Assembly: GCA_048882045.1 (NCBI GenBank)
Contig: JBHLRZ010000002.1
Location: 96,001 to 160,000 of the forward strand
Direction of reading: 5' to 3'
Length of the DNA stretch: 64,000 nt
Origin: Candidatus Thorarchaeota archaeon
GTDB lineage: Archaea; Asgardarchaeota; Thorarchaeia; Thorarchaeales; Thorarchaeaceae
The notes below the pieces were generated by a model that was given only the letters and a program-made list of their open reading frames with translations, had not been told where the DNA came from and ran no database searches. Every line of letters begins with the position of its first letter. Position 1 is the stretch's first letter. This document shows positions 37,083 to 47,618 of the stretch, piece by piece. The translations under genes and the position numbers were made by a program.

Positions 37083-38274
37083 ATGACTTCACGTTCTTAG
37101 CAAACTCCATCCCGAAGTTGACGGCCTGTTCGAGTTCTTTAGCATCTGGAACCCACTTCACAGTGAAAGGCTCCATCACTATGTCCATTTTCCCCTTCTC
37201 CATGGACTCCTGAATCTTCTTCACAGCACCTCCGCCCCACCCATAGGAACCGAATGCAGCACACTTCTTGCCAACAGGTTTTAGCATCTCCAAATCAGAA
37301 AGCACCGATGCTACATTTGGCAGGATGTCATTGTGCATAGTAGAACTCCCAACGAGAATACCTCTTGCCTCCAATAGATCAGCCATGATGTCGTAGCGGT
37401 CACAGTGAGGGATGAGCTTCATAACAGGTTCCAATCCCTCACTTCGTATGCCTTCCGCGATGGCTCTTGCAATCTTTGTCGTGCTCTCCCACATCGTGTC
37501 CCAGGTGATGACCACCTTGTCTTGAAGCCTTTCGCCTTTGGCCCACTCAAGGTATCGGGTCACAATCTGAAGAGGATCTTTTCGCCATATCAGACCGTGA
37601 GATGGAGCTATCATCTTGATAGGGAGCCCCAACTCGACAACCTCCTCAATTTTCCTCTGGACCATTCTACTCAATGGCCAGAGGATGTTAGCATAGTATT
37701 TCTCAGCCTCTCGCCAAAGGACATTCTGTTCCACCTCGTCAGCAAACCTACTTTCAGTGGCATAATGTTGACCAAATGCATCATTTGGCAACAACAGCTC
37801 CTTCTCAACATAATATGTGAACATGGACTCAGGCCAGTGAAGCATTGGTGCCTCATAGAACCTGAGAGTCTTACCTCCCAAGTCTATCTCATCACCTGTC
37901 TTGACTGTTTGAATGTTCCATCCATCACCATAGTGTTTCTTGAGTTGATCAACAGCCTTTGAACTGCAGATGAGTTTGGCATCTGAAGCCATCTCAAGGA
38001 CCTTTGGAGTTGTTCCTGAATGGTCCATCTCTGTGTGATTCGATATCATATAGTCGATTTTCTGTATATCAATGACCTTGGATATTCTCGACAACATCTC
38101 GTCGGCAAACAGACCCATAACAGAATCAACCAGCGCGACTTTTTTCCCTACAATTAGATAGGAATTGTAGGTAGTCCCGTGGTGTGTTGTGTAGCTAAAA
38201 CCGTGGAAATTTCGAATGTTGTAATCTAAGGCGCCTACCCAGTATACATCCTTCATAATCTCAAATGGTTCCAA
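37075..38274 (-). CDS. fprA: flavodiiron protein (FprA family)
   Basis: GTTYNSYL, NHTEMDH, LHWP, DAFGQH, PSHG, C-terminal flavodoxin FGSYGW. Confidence 0.95.
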   Translation of the reverse strand: MEPFEIMKDVYWVGALDYNIRNFHGFSYTTHHGTTYNSYLIVGKKVALVDSVMGLFADEMLSRISKVIDIQKIDYMISNHTEMDHSGTTPKVLEMASDAKLICSSKAVDQLKKHYGDGWNIQTVKTGDEIDLGGKTLRFYEAPMLHWPESMFTYYVEKELLLPNDAFGQHYATESRFADEVEQNVLWREAEKYYANILWPLSRMVQRKIEEVVELGLPIKMIAPSHGLIWRKDPLQIVTRYLEWAKGERLQDKVVITWDTMWESTTKIARAIAEGIRSEGLEPVMKLIPHCDRYDIMADLLEARGILVGSSTMHNDILPNVASVLSDLEMLKPVGKKCAAFGSYGWGGGAVKKIQESMEKGKMDIVMEPFTVKWVPDAKELEQAVNFGMEFAKNVKSST

Positions 38275-38331
38275 AAGAATCTCCTCAACTCTCTATAGTC
38301 AGTTGCAGGATATAAAGAAGAGAATATGGCA

Positions 38332-38742
38332 CTAATTTATCGAATATCTGTCTGATTCAAGCGAAGTATCAACTCGATATTCCCACTCAGGACTCTCTGT
38401 TTCGAATCCTTGGAGGCCTTGACTCCGGTTCACCCATCGCCAGCAGGGTACAGCTCCTACCATTTCAAGCTGATAGAGATTAGCCTTGGTTGCGCTGTAT
38501 CTGATCTCAAGTAGAGTTCCTTCTGGAAGACTATCAATATCTCCCACATCTAGAGATGTTCGTCCATATCCGTCCTTCTCTCCACGCTTTGAGAGGAAGT
38601 ACCTGATATTCCCACCATTGACAGGACTCTTCATGATCACTGCGACATGTGGTCTAGAAATAGGATCCCACCACCTGGGTATACCAGGGCGTCGGATAAC
38701 ATAGTCATTGGTAAATGGTTGATTATGTACGAACATTTGCAT
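38332..38742 (-). CDS. hypothetical protein
   Basis: 136-aa ORF; TATA-like element upstream. Confidence 0.5.
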   Translation of the reverse strand: MQMFVHNQPFTNDYVIRRPGIPRWWDPISRPHVAVIMKSPVNGGNIRYFLSKRGEKDGYGRTSLDVGDIDSLPEGTLLEIRYSATKANLYQLEMVGAVPCWRWVNRSQGLQGFETESPEWEYRVDTSLESDRYSIN

Positions 38743-38978
38743 CCGCAGTCACTCCAACTATATGATTCCAAGTTCTCTATATAAGCGGGCATCGCGTATT
38801 ACGATGCACCACAGGGCTTATTCTGATGAACTCTAACGCCACTCTAAATAGTTAGTAATACCCAGGACTGGAAGACCACTGCAGTGGAAGTGGAGGGAAG
38901 CAAGACAGCATTTTACGTACTTAACAAATGGCCATTTCCATTGATTGACCGTTTGTAAATCTCTACTACCCAAGACTG

Positions 38979-39290
38979 TCAAGTTTCATCTTCAGCCTGG
39001 AGACCAACCACAAGTGACCGACCTTCGAATATAGATTTCGTCACCTTGGCTCTAGCACTGGCCAGAAGTCTCCAGATCGTACCACGCGAAACACCCATCG
39101 ACGCTCCAGCCTGTTCTTGATACATTCCTTCTAGGTCAACTAATCGCAATACCTCTGCTTCTGCCAAGTCGATATGGATGGGCTCACGGGCGCTTGAAGG
39201 TTCAGGTGTCATCTTCTCTGCTAAGGGTTTGCGCCCAATCTTGGGCTGGATAGGGAACCTACCACGGCCTCCTTTTCTTCGCCTGTGCAA
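38979..39290 (-). CDS. DUF134 DNA-binding protein
   Basis: EVLRLVDLEGMYQEQAGASMGVSRGTIWRLLASARAK. Confidence 0.9.
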   Translation of the reverse strand: MHRRRKGGRGRFPIQPKIGRKPLAEKMTPEPSSAREPIHIDLAEAEVLRLVDLEGMYQEQAGASMGVSRGTIWRLLASARAKVTKSIFEGRSLVVGLQAEDET

Positions 39291-39412
39291 TTCAATCCCT
39301 CCAACCCTTATCTATAGGTGAGCTTTCTTATTACGTTTGTCAAGGTAGTAAGAGTGAAGCGTTTATCTCTAGGTGAGGAAATAGAGAACTAGATTTCAGG
39401 AAGTGATATGAT

Positions 39413-40630
39413 ATGGGATTCGTCATTGGCATTGTCGGTAAACCGTCGTGTGGGAAGACCTCGTTCACAAACGCAGCATGCATGACCGATTTCAAGGTGG
39501 GGAGTTATCCCTTCACAACAATAGAAGCCAATGTGGGAGTTACGCATGTCCGGACAGCCTGTGCTTGCGCAGACTTTGATGTTGAGGATAATCCCAAGAA
39601 TAGCATATGTATTGACCGTGTGAGATTGGTTCCAATCAAACTGATAGATGTAGCAGGACTAGTACCTGGAGCACATGAAGGTAGGGGAATGGGGAACCAG
39701 TTTCTCGATGACCTCAGACAAGCAGATGTGCTTATTCATATCGTGGATGCGAGTGGGGCTCTTGATGCAGAAGGACAGGAAGTTGATGCAGGCAGTCATG
39801 ATCCAGTCGACGACGTGAGATTTCTCGAAGAGGAACTGACAGAATGGTTGCTTGGAATCATACAGAAGGACTGGCGTAGAATCACAGGTCGTGTCAGATC
39901 AGAGGGTGCAAAGCTAGAAGAACTTCTCTTGGAAAAGCTGTCTGGTCTAAAGATTACAAGAGCACACATCCTCAAGGCATTGCGTGGCTCGAATCTCAAG
40001 TCTGAAACCGTAGACAAATGGACAGATGATGAAACAAGATCTTTCGTGCAGACATTGCAGAAGATAGCCAAACCCATCATCATTGCGGCGAACAAGATAG
40101 ATAGGCCTAACGCAGAGGAAAACCTGGGGCGTTTGGAAGAAGAATTTCCAGACTATCTTGTTGTACCAGTTAGTGCACTTGCAGAAAAGGTCCTCAAAGA
40201 CCTCGAAAAGAAAGGCGTAATCAAGTACATTCCTGGTGATGATGATTTTGAGATCCTCACACCCGACATCCTCAAGAAGGATGAGCTTGCACAACTGGAG
40301 AAGATATGTGATAAAATCCTGAAAAGGTATGGGGGATCAGGAGTTCAGAACATTCTGAATAGGGCTGTATTCGACTATCTACACATGATAACCGTCTATC
40401 CTGTCCATGATGCAAACTCGCTAACAGACAGTGACGGTAATGTGCTACCCGATGTGTATCTTGTACCAGAGGGGACAACAGCCAAGGAGTTTGCTGGATT
40501 CATCCATACTGACCTCATGGAGTCGTTCATTCATGGAATAGATGCTCGCACTAAGATGCGTATCTCCGACAAACATGAATTAAAGGATCGAGACGTCATC
40601 AAGATTGTAAGTGCTAAGGGGTCAAAGTAA
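39413..40630 (+). CDS. ychF: archaeal YchF/Obg-family NTPase
   Basis: GKPSCGKT, YPFTTI, DVAGLVPGAHEGRGMGNQFL, NKID, TGS domain. Confidence 0.92.
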   Translation: MGFVIGIVGKPSCGKTSFTNAACMTDFKVGSYPFTTIEANVGVTHVRTACACADFDVEDNPKNSICIDRVRLVPIKLIDVAGLVPGAHEGRGMGNQFLDDLRQADVLIHIVDASGALDAEGQEVDAGSHDPVDDVRFLEEELTEWLLGIIQKDWRRITGRVRSEGAKLEELLLEKLSGLKITRAHILKALRGSNLKSETVDKWTDDETRSFVQTLQKIAKPIIIAANKIDRPNAEENLGRLEEEFPDYLVVPVSALAEKVLKDLEKKGVIKYIPGDDDFEILTPDILKKDELAQLEKICDKILKRYGGSGVQNILNRAVFDYLHMITVYPVHDANSLTDSDGNVLPDVYLVPEGTTAKEFAGFIHTDLMESFIHGIDARTKMRISDKHELKDRDVIKIVSAKGSK

Positions 40631-40816
40631 TAGTTTGAGGGACTCAGTACTAGTCCATCCCTTTTATACTCGTCAATTCTGAAAACCATTTGAAACCCTT
40701 AATGGCGTTGAATCACCATGTTGTAGAGCAATCTCATGCAATTGCTGTCTAGTGTTTTCTCTCAGACATCATCCTGATTCAGTAGTGAAAGAAGCTCACA
40801 CAATGGGTGAAATGTT

Positions 40817-41242
40817 TTGGAGATTTTCACAACTCTCGATGAAGCAAAGGAATCAGGCGGTTTCCTTGCACGTTGCGGCCACTTCCCCACAATATACAAA
40901 CGCTATGACAATGAGTACATTCTTGTCAGCAAGGGGGAGTGGCCTCCGAAGAAAGCATGGCCATTTCTCAAGTGGGATGGTGAAGACTGGCTTCCAGTCT
41001 TAGCAAGGATGGAAACTATAGAGGAAGCCTTTGAGGCCACTGGACTGTTTATACTGCTCGGACACAAACCACTGGTCGTTGAATTCCCAGGAATCACTTT
41101 TGATATCTTCTTGAAGGAGGCTCATGTACCCACTGGTGCTTGGATCATCAGTAAATCAGACCCCAACTTCTCAGTTAAATATCTCAAACCGCCGGACTTT
41201 GCCGCTGATGAAGACGAATCCATCGAGATACCTGTTCACTGA
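40817..41242 (+). CDS. hypothetical protein with internal duplication
   Basis: TTLDEAKESGGFLARCGHFP vs ETIEEAFEATGLFILLGHKP. Confidence 0.6.
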   Translation: MEIFTTLDEAKESGGFLARCGHFPTIYKRYDNEYILVSKGEWPPKKAWPFLKWDGEDWLPVLARMETIEEAFEATGLFILLGHKPLVVEFPGITFDIFLKEAHVPTGAWIISKSDPNFSVKYLKPPDFAADEDESIEIPVH

Positions 41243-41790
41243 AGATGTTCGCCCAAAGACCAATATTGCCCATTTAATGGCAAGTATGTGAAAAGGTGTG
41301 CCTTTGAGTTGTCGAATCGACCTCTCTCATCTAATGCATCTTCGTCAATGTGGACTGCTACAATTTCTGCAATGAAAAGATGATGGGCGCCGAGAGGAAG
41401 TATCTGGGTAATCTTGCACTCTATGTTGATTGGACACTCTTTTATCATTGGGGCATCGACCTTCTCTGCCTTTTCAGGAGTAAACCCACACTCAGCGAAC
41501 TTGTCAAAATCCCTGCCGGATTTTGTACCAGCGAATTCAGTTCCTCCCACATGACTGGTTGAGGGAATATTAAGAACAAACTCTTTCGCTTTCTTGACCA
41601 TTTCAAAACTGTGTCTCTCAGGTCTTATTCCTACAACTACTGTCGGTGGTTTACTGCAGACATTTGCCACCCAAGAAAGCGTGATAATGTTTGGTCTGTC
41701 TTCGCCTGCAACACTCAGGAGAACAACTGGACTGGGTGCTACAGCGGCAAATGGATTCATTAATCGTTTCATACGTGAGGACCAGAACAA
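41236..41790 (-). CDS. flavin reductase family protein
   Basis: PSPVVL, EFVLNIP, GTKSGRDFDKF, ECPINIEC, HHLFIAEI. Confidence 0.92.
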   Translation of the reverse strand: MFWSSRMKRLMNPFAAVAPSPVVLLSVAGEDRPNIITLSWVANVCSKPPTVVVGIRPERHSFEMVKKAKEFVLNIPSTSHVGGTEFAGTKSGRDFDKFAECGFTPEKAEKVDAPMIKECPINIECKITQILPLGAHHLFIAEIVAVHIDEDALDERGRFDNSKAHLFTYLPLNGQYWSLGEHLQ

Positions 41791-41872
41791 CTGTGTTAAG
41801 AAAATGTCGGCGCCACATTATTTAAGAAGATGCAGAACTCGCACAGCTCAAAGCATCTAGAGGGTTTTTCCA

Positions 41873-42784
41873 ATGGGACGTGTACTAGTAGCTGATCCAA
41901 TCGATGAGTCTGCTGAAGCCGAAATAAGGGCTGCAGGTCACGAGGTAGTTGTGAGAAATAAAGACACGGATGGACCAATCGAGGAACAGATCAAGGGATT
42001 CGACTGTGTCGTTGTCAGGAGTGCCACAAAGATAACTAGAGAGGTCTTTGAAGCTGCAGACAAGCTGAAACTTGTAGTCAGGGCGGGTGTTGGTCTTGAC
42101 AATGTGGACCAAGAAGCGGCCAAGGAGAAAGGAGTAGCTGTCCAGAACACACCAGAAGCCCCAACAGTTTCTGTTGCTGAAATGGTTTTCTCACTGATGT
42201 TTGCATTGGCCAGAAATATCACTCAGGCAGACAGCTCAATGAAAGATGAGCGCTGGGAGAAGAAGAAGCTGACAGGTACTGAACTCTGGAACAAGAAACT
42301 CGGAATTATTGGTTTTGGAAGAATTGGGTGTGAAGTGGCTTCAAGGGCAAAGGCATTTGATATGGACATCCTGTGCTATGATGTATTGGACATTGAACAG
42401 GTCTGTGCAGACATGGGTACACGACGATGTGGCATTGACGAACTGATAAAGGATGCTGACTACATCACTCTTCATGTACCACTTGTTCCACAGACAAAAG
42501 GCATGATTGGAGAGAAAGAATTCAAGAAGATGAAAAAGACAGCGTTTCTGATCAATACTTCACGTGGCGGAGTTGTGGATGAAAAGGCACTTCTGAAAGC
42601 CCTCAATGAGGGTGACATTGCAGGAGCTGCGCTAGACGTGTTCGAGAATGAGCCACCTCTCGACTGGGAGCTCGTGAAGCATCCGAAACTGGTAGCAACA
42701 CCTCACCTTTCATCATCCACAAATGAAGCCCAGGAGCGAGTGGGAGAACTGACTGCATACAAGGTCATTCAGGGTCTAAAATAG
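41873..42784 (+). CDS. D-2-hydroxyacid dehydrogenase (SerA-like, no ACT domain)
   Basis: RAGVGLDNVD, GIIGFGRIG, NTSRGG, LDVFENEP, TPH. Confidence 0.9.
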   Translation: MGRVLVADPIDESAEAEIRAAGHEVVVRNKDTDGPIEEQIKGFDCVVVRSATKITREVFEAADKLKLVVRAGVGLDNVDQEAAKEKGVAVQNTPEAPTVSVAEMVFSLMFALARNITQADSSMKDERWEKKKLTGTELWNKKLGIIGFGRIGCEVASRAKAFDMDILCYDVLDIEQVCADMGTRRCGIDELIKDADYITLHVPLVPQTKGMIGEKEFKKMKKTAFLINTSRGGVVDEKALLKALNEGDIAGAALDVFENEPPLDWELVKHPKLVATPHLSSSTNEAQERVGELTAYKVIQGLK

Positions 42785-42834
42785 GACTGAGAGCTAGAGC
42801 GTTACACCTTTAAGTGAATATCATGGGTGACGAT

Positions 42835-42950
42835 TAGGTTTCAGACTATGTCTGAACCTATACCATTTCCTTTGTGTTGGCGGATACGTCCGCACGGGAT
42901 GTGGCCCTAGGGGCTGAACCACAAACAAAGCGAATCATTAACTGCAAAGG
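42835..42950 (+). promoter_or_regulatory. structured 5' leader of rpl15e
   Basis: Hairpins TAGGTTTCAGAC/GTCTGAACCTA, GCGGA-TACG-TCCGC, GCCC-TAG-GGGC. Confidence 0.45.
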
Positions 42951-43547
42951 ATGGATTACAAAGTGCCAACAGCATACAAGCACATGCAAGACAGCTGGCT
43001 AGAAGGTCAGAAAGAACGAACTGAGCTAGTAAAAAGTAGGATGATAGTGTGGAGGAAACAAGGAAGCATAGTTAGACTTGACCGCCCCACACGTCTTGGA
43101 AGAGCACGTTCTCTAGGTTACAAGGCAAAACAGGGCTATGTTGTGGTCAGGGTCAAGACGGGTCGTGGACCCCGTGAGAAACCCCGGCCAAGGATGGGTC
43201 GAAAACCAAGAAGCATGGGTGTGACAAAATATACGCCCCAGAAATCTCGAAGATGGATTGCTGAAGAGAGAGTAGGCAGAAAGTTTCCGAACCTACGAGT
43301 GTTGAACTCTTATTGGGTCGGATCTGACCATAAGTGGATCTGGCATGAAGTAATTCTTGTTGATCCCAACCATCCAGTAATCTATAATGACCCAAACATC
43401 AATTGGATCTGTGACTCGGTCCAAAAAGGGCGAGAGAACCGAGGTCTCACATCAGCCGGCAAAAGCAGCAGAGGTCTAAGGAATAAGGGTCGCGGTGCTG
43501 AGAAGGTTCGACCGTCACTCGGTGCCAAGGGCAACGTTGGGAAATAA
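42951..43547 (+). CDS. rpl15e: 50S ribosomal protein L15e
   Basis: [43 protein letters not shown]. Confidence 0.97.
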   Translation: MDYKVPTAYKHMQDSWLEGQKERTELVKSRMIVWRKQGSIVRLDRPTRLGRARSLGYKAKQGYVVVRVKTGRGPREKPRPRMGRKPRSMGVTKYTPQKSRRWIAEERVGRKFPNLRVLNSYWVGSDHKWIWHEVILVDPNHPVIYNDPNINWICDSVQKGRENRGLTSAGKSSRGLRNKGRGAEKVRPSLGAKGNVGK

Positions 43548-43566
43548 ACAAATCGTGGGATTTCTC

Positions 43567-44031
43567 ATGACGTTCGTTGCCAAGATTGAGGCACGAGCAT
43601 ACTCACGAGCGACAGAGCTACCTGACCGAGTAGAGAGTGCAATACTCAATGTGTTTCCCGAGGAGTTCCAAAAAGACGTCCTAGTGAAATCATCAAGAGT
43701 CGAAAGCCATTCAGGATATGCCATCAAAGTCATTGTGGCCAGTCTTAGGAAGGAAAAGGATTGTGAATCTACACTTGACCACATATTCACTGGATTTGAT
43801 GACCGGGACCGTAGACGTTTGAAGAATTCACTCCTCCGGCGGCTTGATGAGAACTGCTCATTCTTTCTCAGGATTGATAAGCAGGCTGCGTTTCTTGGTA
43901 AGCTAGTCCTAGCAGACGGACCTGATGTAATCAGTGTCAGGATCGACATCAAGCATTATCCAAAGTGTAAACAGGAAGATGCAATTGAAATGCTTGAAAC
44001 TCATCTTCGAACAGCTGGAGGAGAGGACTAG
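43567..44031 (+). CDS. RNA-binding protein, COG1325-like
   Basis: ATE..RV..A, FFLRIDKQAA; usual position between L15e and Rpp30. Confidence 0.8.
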   Translation: MTFVAKIEARAYSRATELPDRVESAILNVFPEEFQKDVLVKSSRVESHSGYAIKVIVASLRKEKDCESTLDHIFTGFDDRDRRRLKNSLLRRLDENCSFFLRIDKQAAFLGKLVLADGPDVISVRIDIKHYPKCKQEDAIEMLETHLRTAGGED

Positions 44032-44726
44032 TGTCATCAATAGACCTTGGTGTATCAATGTCGGATTCAACTAGTGTTGAATCGTTTGTCAAAATGGCAT
44101 CAAGGATTGGACTCAGTGGTATCGCAACTAGTGAATTGGACAATCCTCTCATTGAATTTAAACCGGGTCTCTCATTATTGAAAAGGATAGATCTGAAGGG
44201 TCGAGGTCTGGCTTCCATCAAGAAACAGGTCTCCAGAGTGAGAGGTCAGTCCATGATTCTTGCTATTCCGTTGACAAGTGTAGAAATTGCAAACTGGGCT
44301 TCCAGTGACAATAGAATAGACCTCTTGACACTCGATCCTACAAGGAACCATCGACTTCGAGAGTCGACTGCTCGTCTAGCTGCATGTTCTGGAACTCATC
44401 TTGAGATTCAGTTTGCTCCGCTTTTTGATTCAATTGGTCTGACGAGGTCAAGAATAATCAAGACGTATAGAGAAGCGGTAGGGACTGCTATTGATTCAGG
44501 AATGCCACTAGTACTGTCAAGTGGAGCCAAGCATCCTCTCCATCTGCGTTCAGCAATGGCAATACGACATATTGGGCTTTTACTTGGAATGGACTCCAAG
44601 TATGCTGAAACTGTTGTATGCAAGACACCATTTGAGATTCTGGCACGAAACCAGAAGAAACTCGGACAGGAATATGTGGCTGAGGGAATTGAGATTGTTG
44701 GTGAGAATGATGAAGAAGACTCGTAG
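44031..44726 (+). CDS. rnp3: RNase P protein component 3 (Rpp30)
   Basis: RIDLL, LVLSSGA....LRS; operon context. Confidence 0.85.
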   Translation: MSSIDLGVSMSDSTSVESFVKMASRIGLSGIATSELDNPLIEFKPGLSLLKRIDLKGRGLASIKKQVSRVRGQSMILAIPLTSVEIANWASSDNRIDLLTLDPTRNHRLRESTARLAACSGTHLEIQFAPLFDSIGLTRSRIIKTYREAVGTAIDSGMPLVLSSGAKHPLHLRSAMAIRHIGLLLGMDSKYAETVVCKTPFEILARNQKKLGQEYVAEGIEIVGENDEEDS

Positions 44727-45021
44727 ACGATATCTATCATTTCACCTTCATCGAGAAGGACCTATAATCAAAGACGAAAAGCAACTCGTCAATGCCATCT
44801 GGAAAAATCTGATTTCACTTTATGGAGAGGTCAATGCAGCTGACTCCAAACTGTATTTGGCTAGCTTTGATGGCAACACCGGAGCAGGTGTTTTGCAATG
44901 CACCTCTTCTTCTTTAGAAAAGGTCATCATCTCTGCTGTCCTGATAGGTTCTATTGGGAGCTCTATGGTTTCGTTTGAACCCAAGAAGACTTCTGGAACC
45001 CTCAAGGGACTCAGTCGTTAA
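44707..45021 (+). CDS. rnp2: RNase P protein component 2 (Pop5)
   Basis: RRRYL, LYGE, TSGTLKGL. Confidence 0.85.
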   Translation: MMKKTRRRYLSFHLHREGPIIKDEKQLVNAIWKNLISLYGEVNAADSKLYLASFDGNTGAGVLQCTSSSLEKVIISAVLIGSIGSSMVSFEPKKTSGTLKGLSR

Positions 45022-45437
45022 GACAAGACTAGTCGGACCTCTTCAATCTCGTCATTGACTAGTATGTATGCTCTGCTTTCCCAGGTTCCGCTGTCTTTTG
45101 AGGCAATGAGCCAAACAACGGGGTTGAGTCTCATGTTTCGTCTATCTGTTTTTGAGGGATATGGTGGTGCTGGATGTGAATGAAATATACATACTAGCTC
45201 CTCATTTCGTTCCTCTGCCTCTACCAAGAGTCGATATTGTTCCTCAGGATTCACGTTGAAGGAGGTAACAGTCGAAGAGGACTCATTCAGAACCAACTCA
45301 ACATGCTTTGCATGAATAGAGTTTTCTGATACATTTCCAAAGATGAGCGCTGCAGCTTCGTCTGGCAGATTTGTATCTGCATGTTCATGAAGTAGAAGCA
45401 TCTTATCCATTGATAGATGCAGTGAGCGCTGCATCAT
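45018..45437 (-). CDS. JAMM/MPN+ (JAB) metalloprotease
   Basis: E...FHSHP...PS.TD JAMM motif. Confidence 0.9.
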   Translation of the reverse strand: MMQRSLHLSMDKMLLLHEHADTNLPDEAAALIFGNVSENSIHAKHVELVLNESSSTVTSFNVNPEEQYRLLVEAEERNEELVCIFHSHPAPPYPSKTDRRNMRLNPVVWLIASKDSGTWESRAYILVNDEIEEVRLVLS

Positions 45438-45447
45438 TCTCTCTCCC

Positions 45448-45573
45448 TCAATCAAATGCTGACTTGATCTCTTCTAACACGATGCATGTTTCAGCATCCC
45501 CGACACCAGTTAGACCACCAAGTCGATTTTTAAGAAATTCCTTCAATTCTGAGAGGTTGTCAACTGTTATCGT
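45448..45573 (-). pseudogene. C-terminal fragment of an Lrp/AsnC ligand-binding domain
   Basis: TITVDNLSELKEFLKNRLGGLTGVGDAETCIVLEEIKSAFD*, preceded by in-frame stops. Confidence 0.55.
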
Positions 45574-45635
45574 TCATATATCTTAGCTGTTATGAACGAA
45601 TCCGTAAACAAAAAGACAGCCATGAATTCTTAATT

Positions 45636-46454
45636 CTAGAGAACTCTGAGTTCTTCTGAGATGATTTTGTCTTCACTTGGTGTCATGATTGCATAGAGCT
45701 CTATATGGTCAATCAATGATTTGGCGTTTCGAATCTTCTCTTCAAGCAATTCCTGTATCTGAAAGATGCCTGAAGCATTGTTCATGGTCACTTCGATTCT
45801 CACAGTCTTTGTTTCGCCCTTCTTGATCTCTACCCGTTCAATAGCCATAGCACTTGCACTGTGTATGTTGACGCTTCCAGCTTCAAAGGGGATTCTTGCT
45901 CTACCCTTTGTCATGTCAAGTGCATCAGCGATTCCCACTACTCCAGCTTCGACGGTCAACGGGACTGCAATTTTGTCATGACAGTATATAGCATGCATCA
46001 CATGTCCTCTGATGTGGACCTGTTTGTGTCTGTCTTTAGGATAGACCTTTGCAAGGATTCTATCCAGGATTGGCATGGCTATTACAACTGAAAACTCGTC
46101 GTGATTGACACGACCAACAGCCATACCAATGTCATGAAGGTAGCATCCCAGTAGTACTACAAGCTCGGAATCTTTTATGGTACCAGTTTCCTCTTTCACA
46201 ATCGTAGTCTGTATACCCTTAGCAAGCTCTCTGAGGAGTCGAATTCCATTCAGTGCTACAATTAACGAATGGGTGTGACCATGATCTGAATACCCCATCC
46301 TGTCTATTGCCATACGATTGCTATCTTCCAGTACAGTCTGAACTTCTACATCATTTTCTAGTCCATCAAAAGCAATCTGGCAGAGTTCGTTATCCTTGAA
46401 TGCTCTCCTCACTCTGTCCTTCAATGTGTGTCTTTGTTTTGGGCTTCTTGCCAT
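45636..46454 (-). CDS. HD-domain phosphohydrolase
   Basis: DHGHTH, LHDIG, YCH, ADALDMTKGRAR. Confidence 0.9.
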   Translation of the reverse strand: MARSPKQRHTLKDRVRRAFKDNELCQIAFDGLENDVEVQTVLEDSNRMAIDRMGYSDHGHTHSLIVALNGIRLLRELAKGIQTTIVKEETGTIKDSELVVLLGCYLHDIGMAVGRVNHDEFSVVIAMPILDRILAKVYPKDRHKQVHIRGHVMHAIYCHDKIAVPLTVEAGVVGIADALDMTKGRARIPFEAGSVNIHSASAMAIERVEIKKGETKTVRIEVTMNNASGIFQIQELLEEKIRNAKSLIDHIELYAIMTPSEDKIISEELRVL

Positions 46455-46648
46455 TTTCTCTTGCCCCTTCTTTCTTCTTTCTTTTTCGACTCTGACTATT
46501 GCTGATTCAGTAATAAATGAGATACCAGTTGGAACTTGTTTATGTAGGTCCCCTCGACCTATTCACACTGTCAGGTCTATTCAGATTCTTCTTTCTTGTT
46601 AATCTGGTCAGTGCTTATTCTCATATGAACTAATTGTAACCGGCAGGA

Positions 46649-47494
46649 CTATGCCTTGAGATTGACAAGCTCCTTGACAACAGACTCAATCTCTTTCACT
46701 GTAGCCATCCGTTTTATAACCGGTGTGCCATTGATGATGATTCCCCGATTTAAGCCGTACAATTCCAGGGTCTTTCTGCTATCAGTATTTACAGCTCTTA
46801 CGTTTGCATCATACTTCCTTAGGGCTCTTTTGGCTTTGTCAACCATCCAACCAGACCATGGACATTGATTGTTGAAGAGAATCTCTACCGTTGGTATACT
46901 ATCATCTGACAATTTTCTGATTCTTGGGTGTATGAGAACTGGTATATCGCCTCCACCTAGATCCAGATGCAGCAGGACCCGACTACCATCTCTATCAACT
47001 TCTTTGAAGTCGAATTTCTCAAAGAACGATGCTGGCATGTAGGGAAAAAAGCCAAACCATTTGTCACCCTCATATGCCAGTACACTGATTCCACCTGCTT
47101 TCTTGCCGTCTTCTATTGCATACTTGAGTAAAGCTTTTGCGACTCCTTTATCCCATGCAGGTGGTACTACCCACATGCAGTTTACGAACAGAGTAGTTTT
47201 CCCCAAAACAGGTTCTGATGCATATTGAATCGGGACATATTCTATCAGTCCTCTTCTCCCTCTCCGTGGACCTAGAGCTATCGCCACTGTCAGACCCTTT
47301 GGTATCATAGATGCAAGCCATTTCTTACGAGCATCCATCGAAGACGTCATTGCCTTCTTCCAAGTCTTCGGAACACTTGGATCCAAGCAGACTCCAGTTA
47401 CCATATCAAGATCATTAGATGACACTTCATGGATGCCTATAGATATCCCCTTTGTAGGGCTCAAGTCTACCACCAACTGGAATACACTATCCAA
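46649..47494 (-). CDS. GNAT acetyltransferase with YoaP/thioredoxin-like C-terminus
   Basis: IEYVP, VNCMWV, KGVAKALL, FFEKFDF, QCPW. Confidence 0.75.
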   Translation of the reverse strand: MDSVFQLVVDLSPTKGISIGIHEVSSNDLDMVTGVCLDPSVPKTWKKAMTSSMDARKKWLASMIPKGLTVAIALGPRRGRRGLIEYVPIQYASEPVLGKTTLFVNCMWVVPPAWDKGVAKALLKYAIEDGKKAGGISVLAYEGDKWFGFFPYMPASFFEKFDFKEVDRDGSRVLLHLDLGGGDIPVLIHPRIRKLSDDSIPTVEILFNNQCPWSGWMVDKAKRALRKYDANVRAVNTDSRKTLELYGLNRGIIINGTPVIKRMATVKEIESVVKELVNLKA

Positions 47495-47618
47495 AGCTTC
47501 TCAATAAGAGCTTTCTCGGTCAGTCAGAGTTTACGAGGATGAAATTTCCAACCAAATCATTGGTCATCAAGGTTAATGATTGCCTCTCTCAACAACTCTA
47601 TATGTTCACAATAGTTAA

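Noticed and set aside
45018-45437. Ubiquitin-system operon around the JAMM protease
   Set aside because: No ubiquitin-like, E1, E2 or RING gene is adjacent.
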